Part shown: positions 35,679 through 47,356 of the stretch, piece by piece | How the letters are laid out: every line of letters starts with the position of its first letter | Numbering within the stretch: position 1 is the stretch's first letter | Source: Octopus bimaculoides | Lineage: Eukaryota | Reading direction: 5' to 3' | Assembly (NCBI RefSeq): GCF_001194135.2 | Contig: NC_069008.1 | Span: forward strand, 9,462,139 to 9,526,138 | DNA length: 64,000 nt | The notes under the pieces: model-generated | What the model was told of the DNA's origin: nothing | The model's input: the letters and a program-made list of their open reading frames with translations, nothing else | The model's database searches: none | Made by a program: the position numbers and the translations under genes

Positions 35679-38126
35679 ATGGAACTTTTTGACATAAGCG
35701 CATCCATTAAAGATATTCCTATTCCACCAAGGAATACTTACATCAAATTACTCATTAGCAAGACTAACTCCTTTTTAAACAGAATCAGATGGAAAACCTA
35801 TTTCCATGATATTAGGGACATACCAAATAACAAAATGGATATTAATTTGAACTTTAAGAATCTTTTCAAATCGAGGAACTCTCCCCCGTCTAACTCTAAG
35901 TTGGATAAATTTGAAGAGGACATTTGGTCTATAGTGAGGAATATTAAGTTTCATTGCTCTCCTCTCAGGAACAGTCATCTTAAGTACCTCCACAACATTA
36001 CCAAGAAAATCAATCGAACCAAAGGATTAGTACAGTCGGATAAAACTGGAAATTTATACAAACTGTCTAAAGATAAATACATGGAAGAAAGAGATAGAAA
36101 AAAACTATAGGACTATCAACAGCAATATTCTACGGAAAGCTAACCTGGAAGCTAAGGAAATTATGATCAAATACAATCTGCAAAATAGGACAACCTCTGG
36201 TCCCTAAGCAACCTCGTTTTGTTCTTAAGGACCATAAGATAAATTTTTGTTCCAACCCTTCCCTACGTCTTATTTGTCCCTCTAGGTCTGACATAGGCAT
36301 TCTTAGTAAAAACATTCTGGACAAATATGTACCCACAATAATTGATAAGTTAAAACTGAATCTTTGGTCAAATTCTTCTCAAGTAATAGATTGGTTTAAT
36401 TCAATTAAAGATAAGAATAATACCAAATTTATACAGTTTGACATTTCTAGTTTCTACTCTTCTATTAACCCTATTATCCTTAACAAAGCACTTTGGTTCG
36501 CACATAATAAGGCAGGTCTTTCTAGGGAAGAAATTAATGTAATTTTAGCTGCTCATAAATCTATCATTAAATTTAACAATAAACTTTGGATCCGTAAGGA
36601 TACTCCAGAGGCTTTTGATGTTCCTATGGGAAGTTCAGACTCAGCTCAAATAGCTGATGTGGTCTGTTCGTATTTATTGTATGAATTGGCAGACCAGTTC
36701 CCTAACATAAATGGAGGTCTATACAGGGATGATTGTCTGCTATACCTCCATAATGCCTCTGCCCAGTGCATACAAAAGGTTAAAAATAGGTTAGCTAGAT
36801 TCTTTAGAAGAATGGGCTTTGGCATTGTTTTTGAGGATGAGGTCTCTGTAGCAAACTTTCTAGACATTACTTTAGACTTACATAGTAATACACACTTTCT
36901 CTTCCATAAACCATCAACTAATCTCAAGTACATAAGCCCCTTTAGTAACTATCCAAGACATATAACTACTAACTTGGTTAGGAGTATCTCAATTAGGCTT
37001 TCCAAACTTTCCTCTAACTCCCAAATTTTCAATAAGGAGGCTGACTTTTATAATTCAGCCTTATTGAAGGCAGGTTATAGAGACAAGGTAAGGTACATCA
37101 ACTCTTCTAGTGATCTTTCTCCTTTTACACAACATGATACCCCCTTTACTAGCTTAGATAAACCCATTTCTATTTCTTCCCATTCTTCTCACTTTACTGA
37201 GAAAATGAAACATGCTTATCACTCACATAAGAGAGGTGGCCCAACTGGCTCTAAACACTTTAACAAATTCAAAAATCTTTATTTATTTAAGCACACTAAT
37301 ACTGTATCTAGATCTGTTGATAATAATATCTGGCTCATCCTCTCATTTGGGAAGCAAGTTAAATCAAATTTGGTCCGGCAGTTCAGAGACGCGGTGAGTA
37401 GGAACTTTCCTAAGGGTTCCCACTATTACCCAATAATCAACTCGCATAAGGTTAGATTTGGGTTTTCTAATACTAAAAACTTGTTACAGGTTATTTCTTC
37501 CCATAATCTCAGGTTTTTAGATTCTTCTCTAGACAGCCATCCCAGTTATGATAATAATAATAGTAATGTTCATATCAATAACAAAAATAATTACTCCAAT
37601 AATTTAACACTCATATGATGGCAATAGTCATTTAGGTATTAATATAGGTAGTATGTACAATATTAGGAAACATAACAATATCGGTAGCAATAATAAGATT
37701 AGCATCTCAGAAGTAAATCCTAATAGAATTAAGTTTTTAAGTGCGAATGCCAAGACCAAGAATGTGGTTTCTCAATAGAAGGTAATGTCTCATGCTGATG
37801 TCTCGTTTTACGTAGGTAGCTCATCGACGCAGGTCTCCAAGAGAATATCAAACCATTATTCTTCATTTAGGGATAGGAATAAAGCTAACACCACCGGCCT
37901 AAGTAAATTTATTTGGGAACTGAAAGATTGCAATAAACAATTCTCTTTGGAATGGTCTGTACTGGCTACCTCAGTTCCCTACGACAAAGGTAAGGATTTT
38001 TGTCCTCTTTGTAACTTGGAGCTTTTCCATATTCTGTTCTCCAAGAATCGCCTAGTAAACCAAATAACACAGAGAGCGCATCGATGTCAGCACTGGCAGA
38101 GACATACCTTCATTTATTACCATTAA
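35679..38126 (+). mobile_element. Nearly full-length Penelope-like element (N-terminal domain, RT, C-terminal GIY-YIG), disrupted
   Basis: SIKDIPIP..YIKLLISK..SFLNRIRWK; FIQFDISSF; MGSSDSAQIADVV; GGLYRDDCL; FLDITLDL; FYVGSSST...RISNHYSSF...T.LSKFIWELK...CPLCNLE. The ORF is split by frameshifts and stops. Confidence 0.9.
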
Positions 38127-38364
38127 TTCNNNNNNNNNNNNNNNNNNNNNNNNNNNNNNNNNNNNNNNNNNNNNNNNNNNNNNNNNNNNNNNNNNNNNNN
38201 NNNNNNNNNNNNNNNNGACGTTAAACGACGATGATGATGATGATGATGATGATATCATCATCATCATCAACATCGTCGTTTAACGTCCGCTTTCCATGCT
38301 AGCATGGGTTGGACGATTTGACTGAGGACTGGTGAAACCAGATGGCTACACCAGGCTCCAATCT

Positions 38365-38570
38365 GAACACCGTGTATCCAGCAAAGTACATAGAAGATTG
38401 TTTATCCCTATATATCTATGTATGTGGCGGGCTTTTCGAATTGCATCTCGGTACATATGTTATTTTCAGAATAAATTCAGCACTGAATATATTCTGGTTA
38501 TATATTTAAATTCAATAATAGGATGAATTCTTTTACAAGAATTTATCAAGTAGCTAGATACACGGTGTTC
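38365..38570. mobile_element. ~205-bp MITE-like insert with ~18-bp inverted termini
   Basis: GAACACCGTGTATCCAGC ... GCTAGATACACGGTGTTC. It interrupts an RTE-tail copy. Confidence 0.55.
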
Positions 38571-38614
38571 GTTTGGTACGTTGATTTTCTGTTTACTTCT
38601 ATTTATCTTGACCA

Positions 38615-38744
38615 TATTATACAACTTCTACTCGTCAGTATAATATCATCATCATCGTTTAACGTCCGCTTTCCATGCTAGCATGGAAAGCGGACGTTAA
38701 ACGATGATGATGATATTATACTGACGAGTAGAAGTTGTATAATA
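38615..38744. repeat. Perfect 130-bp palindrome centred on CATGCT|AGCATG of an RTE tail
   Basis: The two 65-nt arms are exact reverse complements with no spacer. Confidence 0.95.
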
Positions 38745-38909
38745 CTACAATAACTACAAAATCATGATCTATAATTCAGTCTGTTTTTAAGGGGCTGGCT
38801 TTGAGAGTTGCATTTCCTCGCGTTCGGTAAAAATGTGTTTTTTATGGTAGTCTGACCTTAGAGTCCCTCATAGCGTGAGGCATTCTTGTATAGTAATGCC
38901 CTTATATAA

Positions 38910-38943
<34 letters not shown>

Positions 38944-39195
38944 ATGTGTTTGTATCCCCACCATCACTTGACAACTGATGTTACTGTGTTAACGTCCCAT
39001 AAGTTAGCCGTTACAAACTGATAGTATAAGTACTAGGCTTACAAAGAATAAAATCCTGGGGTCGATTTCGACTAAAGGCGGTGCTGCAGCATGGCCACAG
39101 TCATATGACCAAAACATGTAAAACAATAAAAAAACTATGCCATTTTGAACCCCGAGCAAATGCCAGGTATCTCTGCTAGTGTGTGTGTGTGTGTG

Positions 39196-39240
<45 letters not shown>

Positions 39241-39989
39241 AATAATATGTGAGTATATGCATGTATACGTATATACATATATGCGTGTGATAATACAAAT
39301 AATATATAGTAGATAAGGAGTGGGGCAAAATGAGTAACGTCTGATAGCTGGATAATTTTTGATGTTCAATAATGAATATTCTTTTCTCTGTTAGATTCAA
39401 AGTCACTTTTCGCAACACTAATATCTAATTTAATAATTTTCAAGTTTCAAAACATGTCTAAAATGTGGTAAAATGATTAATGACAAATTTCAATAATTTC
39501 TTCTCTTTAACTGCATTGTGTGTAAATATATATTGTGAAGAAAACATTGCAGCAGACCATGAAGAAGCTATAGAGAATATTTTGAGGATTTTTTTTTTAA
39601 TTAGTTGAGTTTCATTAATTTCATATCATGTGCCATTTTCCCCTAATCTTCTTTCATTTAACATAGATATTTTTTTCACTTCTGATGTCTAGGGATGGGT
39701 ATTGATGTGTATGAGTCTGTTTTCTAGAGAACTGAAGCAGCAAATTTACCTTATCTTGTCTTACTCATTTTGCCACATTTGTCTCAAAGAGAAGGGCGAC
39801 AATTTTCTGAAATAGCAATAAGATTGTTATAATGCTTTTAATGCATTTAAGGAAGGCCCTTTACTTAGTTGATATAGTTTTTTGGGTCAATATAAAGATC
39901 TTCACCCGTGAGCAACAAAAAAAATAATAAACCAGCCTGCTGTGTGTTAACAAGCATGCAGAAAACGAATATGAAAAAAAATTTAAGAT

Positions 39990-40649
39990 TTTTCTGATTT
40001 GGCGAACACCACTTTTTATTTAGTGTTTTCTACCGAAACACTTTAAAACTTCGTATACTTGTACATTTTGTCTTATAGAACAGAGAAAAAATTTTATATT
40101 CGAAGTTATTTCTTGTTAAAAATTGTCATGTTTCGGTAATTTCAACCAATCACTGATGTCTATTCAGCTGAATACAGTTACTGCTGTTCTTTGTCAACAA
40201 TAATTTGTGGCGGTGTATATATCGTTAGTCCCTGGTAATCCTTTTGAATTAAGCAACAGTTATGCACTGGGATTAATATAATTGACTTACTCCTTCTATC
40301 AAAAACCAGGCCTTGTGCCTATAATAGAAAGGTTTATTAGCTACTGCCAATATGCTTGAATTACACTATTCTACTTGTTTCAGATGATTGGATAATAGCT
40401 AATAAGGGAATCAAGCCAACAAAATAGTTGAAAGAAAGGGCTTCCAAACAGTTGCTTCGTTTCCTAGAAATAGCAGCCAAATCTTCCTCAAATCAAACTC
40501 TACCATCATTTAGAAAATGTGCTACTGAGTACACAGTACATAGAAAAATTACAGAGAAATTGTTGAACACATTTTCACCAAATTTGGCAAAAATACTCAT
40601 TGGGTGAGTGGTTTGAAACGAGATTATCTAAAACCCGAACCCTAACCCT
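39990..40649 (+). mobile_element. Unclassified dispersed repeat family associated with (CCCTAA)n; inverted copy at ~46620-46905
   Basis: TACCGAAA.ACTT..AAACTTCGTATACTT...AATCACTGA.GTCTATTCAG is shared between the two loci. CCCTAA/TTAGGG units sit at 40633-40649 and 46706-46726, next to N gaps. Confidence 0.55.
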
Positions 40650-41821
40650 ANNNNNNNNNNNNNNNNNNNNNNNNNNNNNNNNNNNNNNNNNNNNNNNNNN
40701 NNNNNNNNNNNNNNNNNNNNNNNNNNNNNNNNNNNNNNNNNNNNNNNNNNNNNNNNNNNNNNNNNNNNNNNNNNNNNNNNNNNNNNNNNNNNNNNNNNNN
40801 NNNNNNNNNNNNNNNNNNNNNNNNNNNNNNNNNNNNNNNNNNNNNNNNNNNNNNNNNNNNNNNNNNNNNNNNNNNNNNNNNNNNNNNNNNNNNNNNNNNN
40901 NNNNNNNNNNNNNNNNNNNNNNNNNNNNNNNNNNNNNNNNNNNNNNNNNNNNNNNNNNNNNNNNNNNNNNNNNNNNNNNNNNNNNNNNNNNNNNNNNNNN
41001 NNNNNNNNNNNNNNNNNNNNNNNNNNNNNNNNNNNNNNNNNNNNNNNNNNNNNNNNNNNNNNNNNNNNNNNNNNNNNNNNNNNNNNNNNNNNNNNNNNNN
41101 NNNNNNNNNNNNNNNNNNNNNNNNNNNNNNNNNNNNNNNNNNNNNNNNNNNNNNNNNNNNNNNNNNNNNNNNNNNNNNNNNNNNNNNNNNNNNNNNNNNN
41201 NNNNNNNNNNNNNNNNNNNNNNNNNNNNNNNNNNNNNNNNNNNNNNNNNNNNNNNNNNNNNNNNNNNNNNNNNNNNNNNNNNNNNNNNNNNNNNNNNNNN
41301 NNNNNNNNNNNNNNNNNNNNNNNNNNNNNNNNNNNNNNNNNNNNNNNNNNNNNNNNNNNNNNNNNNNNNNNNNNNNNNNNNNNNNNNNNNNNNNNNNNNN
41401 NNNNNNNNNNNNNNNNNNNNNNNNNNNNNNNNNNNNNNNNNNNNNNNNNNNNNNNNNNNNNNNNNNNNNNNNNNNNNNNNNNNNNNNNNNNNNNNNNNNN
41501 NNNNNNNNNNNNNNNNNNNNNNNNNNNNNNNNNNNNNNNNNNNNNNNNNNNNNNNNNNNNNNNNNNNNNNNNNNAAATTTCCCCCCCCCCCCCTTTCATT
41601 TTTCACTGTTTCCGGACAAAAATTAAAATTAGAATGGTTTTAATTTTTGTCTAGAAGAGTTCGGTTAACGAACGAATGCGCTAATAAAGAACTATCCAAA
41701 TTTCTGACTGCCTCCTATTTTTCAATACATACATATATAAATATAGACTGCTCTACTTCTTAGAGCGTGCTTTTTTCTCCGTTTCTGTTTTTCTAAAAAG
41801 AAAACGATATGGTTAACCTCC

Positions 41822-41952
41822 AGTTTTTGACCCGAGCAAAAATATGAAAATAAAATAGTTGTAAAACATTTATTTTTGGATATTCATTTATAATATGCGT
41901 TTTACAGCTATTACACTATTTTATTTTCATTTTTTTGTTCGGGTCAAAAACT
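41822..41952. mobile_element. ~130-bp foldback/MITE
   Basis: AGTTTTTGACCCGAGCAAAAA..TGAAAATAAAATAGT and ACTATTTTATTTTCATTTTTTTGTTCGGGTCAAAAACT. Confidence 0.75.
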
Positions 41953-42078
41953 AAATATATATATCTTATACAAGAGGGACGAGTGACTTTGAAGTTTTAG
42001 CCGGTTAGCCTTAGTCAAACTGTAGTACATTTGGGTTCTTTCATATCGAGAGCATTCGTGAGTAACCATACTATACGG

Positions 42079-42580
42079 TAGCGCTTTTCAACCTGTGAGC
42101 TGCGACAAAAAAGAAGGAAAGAAAGACAACGCAAGTGGGTGCAAAGTGCAGAATATAAACCAACGTTTTTCAAACTGTGGGTCCCGACCCTTCAGTGGGA
42201 CACGAGATAAATAAAATGGATCGCGACAAAAATGTTTGGCACTATCATGCTATTAGCTGTCAGAAGTGAAAGTGCTCACTGCCTGCTAGTGAAGTGTCTG
42301 TCTGTCTTCCTGTCTGCCTGCATGCCTGTCGATTCTTTGGCTACTGACAACTAATACCATGACTGGCCGGAGCGAGCTATATGTCTGTCTGTCTCTCTCT
42401 CTATATATATATCTATCTATTACTCGAAAGTTCGCGCTAGCTAGTCGTGAGTGGTCGATCCTATTATTTTTAAACTTCAAACTTCATTTGTTTTCTATTT
42501 TGATAAATTCTCTCTGTTGAAAATTATATTTTTATATTTTAAACGACTAGCTAGCGCGGACGCGCGAACTTTCGAGTAAT

Positions 42581-42613
<33 letters not shown>

Positions 42614-42754
42614 CATATAGCTCGCTCCGGCCAGTCATGGTATTAGCTGTCAGTAGCCAAAGAATCGACAGGCCAGCAACAGGCATGCAGGCAGAGAGCA
42701 CTTTCAATTCTGACAGCTAATAGCATGATAGTGCCAAATGTTTGAAAAACGCTG
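42079..42754. mobile_element. hAT (Charlie-like) non-autonomous element containing a ~500-bp internal foldback (42236-42737)
   Basis: Termini TAGCGCTTTTCAACC (second at 42161, CAACGTTTTTCAAAC) and GTTTGAAAAACGCTG. The internal arms GGCACTATCATGCTATTAGCTGTCAGAA...TTCTGACAGCTAATAGCATGATAGTGCC enclose a spacer of about 90 bp. Confidence 0.7.
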
Positions 42755-43338
42755 CCATATTGTTATAGTATATGTACTCCACGAAGTGTATTGAGGAATT
42801 CATTAGTTTAATGTTAAACTTTTTATTACAACTCGATATATTAATATGTATGTATGTATAACGTTATTCTGTACAAAACTGCTCATGTTCGACAAACGAA
42901 ACATTCGCCCTATTGAGCTTGCCCAGAGAGGATGAAGTGTGGCTATCCACCAGATTTGAAAATGATAATGTTTTCTTTCATTAGCCACACCCGTATCTTG
43001 ATAAGATATGCGCAACTATTATTATCAAACTAAAAGAAACACTTGAAAGGAAGTGACACCAAAATTTAATTCTAAATCAACCAAGGACCAGTTTCATATA
43101 AAAAGCTCAAAACCGAGGGGTAGAAAAGACGGGGGAAAAAATAAAGAAATTTAGGTCTCCCCCTCTACCCTCACGACAGTAACGATTGATACGTTCCGTC
43201 TAATACCACTTACATTTTTTTTTTAATCCTTCCAAATTCCTGATTATCTTCTGAAGTAAATAAAACACGTAAGCAGCTAGTATTACATAAGAAATACAGT
43301 CACGAAAGGTTTAAAGACAAAAATAGAGAATAACTGAC

Positions 43339-43355
43339 CTTAAAGACAAACTCAT
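43339..43355 (-). CDS. CETN3: Centrin-3 coding exon 1 (ATG AGT TTG TCT TTA AG = MSLSL+2 nt)
   Basis: Followed by the donor GTCAGT. Phase 2 is completed by the first G of exon 2 (AG|G = Arg), giving MSLSLR, compared with vertebrate CETN3 MSLALR. The upstream (UTR) boundary is unknown. Confidence 0.85.
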
Positions 43356-43392
43356 AGCTGACACAAGTATTTGTATTGAGAAAGTATTACGA

Positions 43393-43406
43393 GTTTACAT
43401 AGTAAC
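43393..43406. promoter_or_regulatory. Putative RFX X-box (GTTTACATAGTAAC)
   Basis: A 14-bp imperfect palindrome with a perfect RGYAAC half-site, one mismatch from GTTTCCATAGTAAC. It lies 38 nt upstream of the centrin ATG. Confidence 0.55.
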
Positions 43407-43578
43407 GGTGTATATACTTATTTTCTAGCCGTAGTTCAGTATTTCCGTGAGAAATATTAAATTATCCCCTATAGTATAATTTATTCTAACAAAACATCGA
43501 CATTTAAGTAGGGATAAATATTACCTCTCGGTAATACTACCTCTGTCGTTAATATATATTTGTTGAAGAATTAGTCTA

Positions 43579-43968
43579 GATAATTGTTCAGTTTAGGGAT
43601 ATTAAAAAAATAAATAAAAATTAAGGGGGAGATAACTAGTAAAGTGATATAAAACAAATCAGCTTAAATACTGTAACATTGTGAATTACAATTTTCGCAC
43701 GTGTATAAATTCATAACGATGCCGTGCCAATCACTGAAGCATCTTGCCTCGTGATTCTGCTAATTGGGTGATATTCTAAGAGTCCTCCACGATTGATTCA
43801 CAGTTGAGGATTTCATTTTCAGTAACAATGAAATGCAGTCTCGCCGGCTATTCTGATCAATTCCAAAGTAAATAATATCCAATATTTATGCTGACTTGTG
43901 TCCTTTTACTAGTTATCTCCCCCTTAATTTTTATTTACTTTTTTAGTATCCTTAACTGAACAATTACC
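43579..43968. mobile_element. Merlin-type MITE, copy 1
   Basis: ~65-bp TIRs (G(G/A)TAATTGTTCAGTT...GGGGAGATAACTAG). Flanks ATTAGTCTA and ATTGGTTTA are a 7/9 match, consistent with a decayed 9-bp TSD. Confidence 0.7.
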
Positions 43969-44672
43969 ATTGGTTTATTATGTATACAGCGGCAAAAGCG
44001 CAGTAGAACCGGTAATACATAAATAAACAAAAAGTCTGATTCAGATTGGTTTTTGCTCGTGTTCTGAGTTACAAGTCAACAAATCTAAAACTGTATGTGT
44101 GTGTGAGAGAGTAAGAAATCGTTTCTTGGATTTATAGCTTAAGAATCGAAACCTTAACATATATTTTCCTATAAGATCTTTTTCTTTGTTTTCGACTTTC
44201 GTACTTGAAAATTATAAATGTAACCTGTCCAACTTATCTTGGTTCCTTTGTTTGAGTTACGATCATTTGGAGATTATGATAGATAAGATATACACATTCC
44301 TTTGTTCTCGTAACTACTTTCTGTTTTTCCCATTGGTATAAATTGGAACTCTAAAGACCATGGGGGTTAGTATTTTCTCTTTTCTTACTTCCACATGCTA
44401 CATGTCAATCGTTTTCTGGCAAGCACATGCGAGGGTGAGTGAGCTTCATTCTTGTCATCCAACTTGAACTATTAAACTGCCGACTGGTATTTTTTCCTTG
44501 CTTTGTTTACTGACCCTATGTGCGATTAAAAACTGTAAGCAACATTTGGATCTTTTCTGTTTGACTACCATGATTTCAAAAATCAAAGTTTATTGAAAAG
44601 GTTTTAATTAATTACGTTAATGTAGTTTTTCATGCTAAATTGCTGGAAATATTTCACTTTTTCCAGAAAAAA

Positions 44673-44961
44673 TTGGCGTTCCTTCGTTGAAACCAAAACA
44701 AAAAGTCGCTTGTTTCCGTGAAAATTCGACAATTTACTTCGGATATCTTCGTGACCTCCGTGACAGCTGTTCTTGTGTGTGTGTGCGTGCGTGCGTGCTT
44801 GTTCTTGTCTGTGTGTGGGTGTACAGAACCGCACGCGCGCACACACACACAAGAGCAGCTGTCAGGAAAGTACGAAGATATCCGAAGTGAATTGTCGAGT
44901 TGTCACGGAAACAAGTGACTTCTTGTTTTGGTTTAGTCGAGCCAAAACGAAGGAACGCCAA
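44673..44961. mobile_element. ~290-bp foldback element
   Basis: TTGGCGTTCCTTCGTT...GGATATCTTCGT...CAGCTG and its reverse complement ...CAGCTG...ACGAAGATATCC...AACGAAGGAACGCCAA around a (GT)/(CA) core. Confidence 0.85.
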
Positions 44962-45088
44962 AAAAAATTTTTTTTTAAGTTATAGAGGTTTAAATTTGAG
45001 ATTTTCACCCAGTTAAGAAATAGAATATGTTTTGTCCAACATATAGCACGTGTGATTTTTATATGAATGGCTGTGTGGTGTTGCATAC

Positions 45089-45098
45089 TGCGCATGCG
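45089..45098. promoter_or_regulatory. NRF1/Ewg-like motif TGCGCATGCG, upstream of a + strand splice-donor-like site (AAG|GTAAGA at 45184/45185)
   Basis: Motif match only. No expression data. Confidence 0.35.
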
Positions 45099-45608
45099 TT
45101 ATTTGGTTACTGTGCACTGAATGCTATCAAAACGTTGCTTCACAGCGCTCTTGAAGTGAAAAAATTCGAAGGCGCAATTATAAGGTAAGACCTATGTCTT
45201 TTGGGGATTCAGTGGGGGTTTGTTGTACATTTTTTGCGAACAAGAAATCCCTACTGAGTTCCGAGGCATTTGTCTGCCTCTAGTTGCGCTGTCTCACTTA
45301 ATTGTGAGAATTGTTTTGGGGGCATATCGCACCTCCGAAAAATTGTGGAATATTTTGGAAAATTCTACCAATTTGTGGCGGATTTTTTTGTGTTCCTGCT
45401 GCTGTGACCCTGGAGTACGTTTTGGAGTACCTGTTGGCCAGGATTACTGGGTGGCCGGAATTGTGTGTTGCTGTGATTTGAACTGTCTCCCTTCTTTCTT
45501 TTTCTCTGCTCTGTCTTTCTGCTCTTCTTTGTCTTCCTTCAAACTATTTTTTTGGACTTTGTTTAGACTTTTTGTTTTGAATTGTTTATTGGACTTTTTT
45601 CTTCAAGT

Positions 45609-47356
45609 ATGGCGAAGAAGATGAACACTGCATTGGAGTGGGAAATTATCCCACCCAAGCAATGGTTAAAAGACTTAAATGAGAGAACGGTAATGTTGAG
45701 GACTTATTCTAAGTCACTCGGCACCATCACGGTCTTTCCCAAGACTGAAATTGAAAAAGAGTTGGCAGAATATCTGCCAACTATTAAGTTTATTTCCAGG
45801 GGTGCTAGGTATGCAACGGTGGCTCGCAAATTTGCGAGCCAACCTTTAGAAGGGCAAAAGATTCTGTTTCTCTCCACATACTGTGGGAAGAGATTAACAA
45901 GAGCTTGGGTTTGTGGGCTGCCACCGGGCATTGAACCGGAATGGATAGAGGATACTATTCGCCGGGGCCTGGATGGCAGCGGATCCAAGCTGCTAAATGT
46001 GAAATTGTTGCCGGCAGCTGATTGGGTGGGGTCAAAAGCGGTTTTGACCCGATGGACCTAATCGGCTGCTAAAGATCTGNNNNNNNNNNNNNNNNNNNNN
46101 NNNNNNNNNNNNNNNNNNNNNNNNNNNNNNNNNNNNNNNNNNNNNNNNNNNNNNNNNNNNNNNNNNNNNNNNNNNNNNNNNNNNNNNNNNNNNNNNNNNN
46201 NNNNNNNNNNNNNNNNNNNNNNNNNNNNNNNNNNNNNNNNNNNNNNNNNNNNNNNNNNNNNNNNNNNNNNNNNNNNNNNNNNNNNNNNNNNNNNNNNNNN
46301 NNNNNNNNNNNNNNNNNNNNNNNNNNNNNNNNNNNNNNNNNNNNNNNNNNNNNNNNNNNNNNNNNNNNNNNNNNNNNNNNNNNNNNNNNNNNNNNNNNNN
46401 NNNNNNNNNNNNNNNNNNNNNNNNNNNNNNNNNNNNNNNNNNNNNNNNNNNNNNNNNNNNNNNNNNNNNNNNNNNNNNNNNNNNNNNNNNNNNNNNNNNN
46501 NNNNNNNNNNNNNNNNNNNNNNNNNNNNNNNNNNNNNNNNNNNNNNNNNNNNNNNNNNNNNNNNNNNNNNNNNNNNNNNNNNNNNNNNNNNNNNNNNNNN
46601 NNNNNNNNNNNNNNGACATATTTCATCCGGTTTAATCGTAATTTATACGCATATATTGTTTATATAATAAATTACGCTGTGCGTATCTATGTGTGTAACA
46701 ATTTTAGAGTTAGGGTTAGGGTTAGGGGATTAATACGATATACAGCGTTAACTGTTTTCAACTGAATAGACGTCAGTGATTAGTAGAAATTATTGAAATA
46801 AGACAATTTTTTACATGAAATAAATTTGAATACAAAATTTTTTTTCTGTTCTATAACACAAAATAGATAAGTATACGAAGTTTGAAAGTCTTTCGGTACC
46901 AAAAACACTACATAAAACATAAATGAAAACTGGTGCCCCCGTTTTGAACAAGATCCAAAAAGAGAAAAAAAACAAAGAAAGGGACATTGCTGGCGGTTAG
47001 TAGTACAGTGCCAGCATGTCCTGAAACCTCATTGGTGGGAATTGTGCCACCAACGAAAGAAACTGTGGCCCCCTCCCAGTGCAATGACAGATGATTTTGT
47101 GATCTTCTTTCATAAGGGAGGGGCAATATAGAGCTTCATAAAGAAGCTAGAGGGCCGGAGGGAGAGGACCCTGCCCTGGACTGGAGACCCGGATTGTCCT
47201 CCGCAGGTGACTGCAGAGGTCCTAACGGATGTTGAAATGTTCAGGGTGATGGACTCCTTTCCAAAGGACCAGTATAGGTTTGCCTTTTGGGGCACCAACC
47301 TGGAACTACAGGATTGCCTGCAGGATGCATATGGCCTGGTTGGAGAGAAAGGATAA
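45609..47356 (+). mobile_element. L1/Tx1-type ORF1 (gag-like) relic, interrupted by a gap and a telomere-repeat-bearing element; no ORF2 follows
   Basis: MAKKMN...KILFLSTYCGKRLTRAWVCGLPPGIEPEWIE resembles ORF1 at 55.2-55.6 kb (LLPTYLGCRTAKITVDEIP). The C-terminal piece ends ...LQDAYGLVGEKG* at about 47356. Confidence 0.6.

Noticed and set aside
37610-37625. In-frame TGA in the PLE ORF as selenocysteine (as in some Naiad PLEs)
   Set aside because: It is followed within two codons by TAG, the downstream domain is in another frame, and the endonuclease is C-terminal. Ordinary decay explains it.
38630-38730. CTGACGA as a hammerhead core
   Set aside because: No stem II/GAAA/stem III can be assembled in register on either arm.
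40575-41643. Long ORFs of 320-350 aa (also 6732-7178, 31102-31550, 46032-46626)
   Set aside because: They consist of X residues from N gaps and are artefacts of unknown bases.
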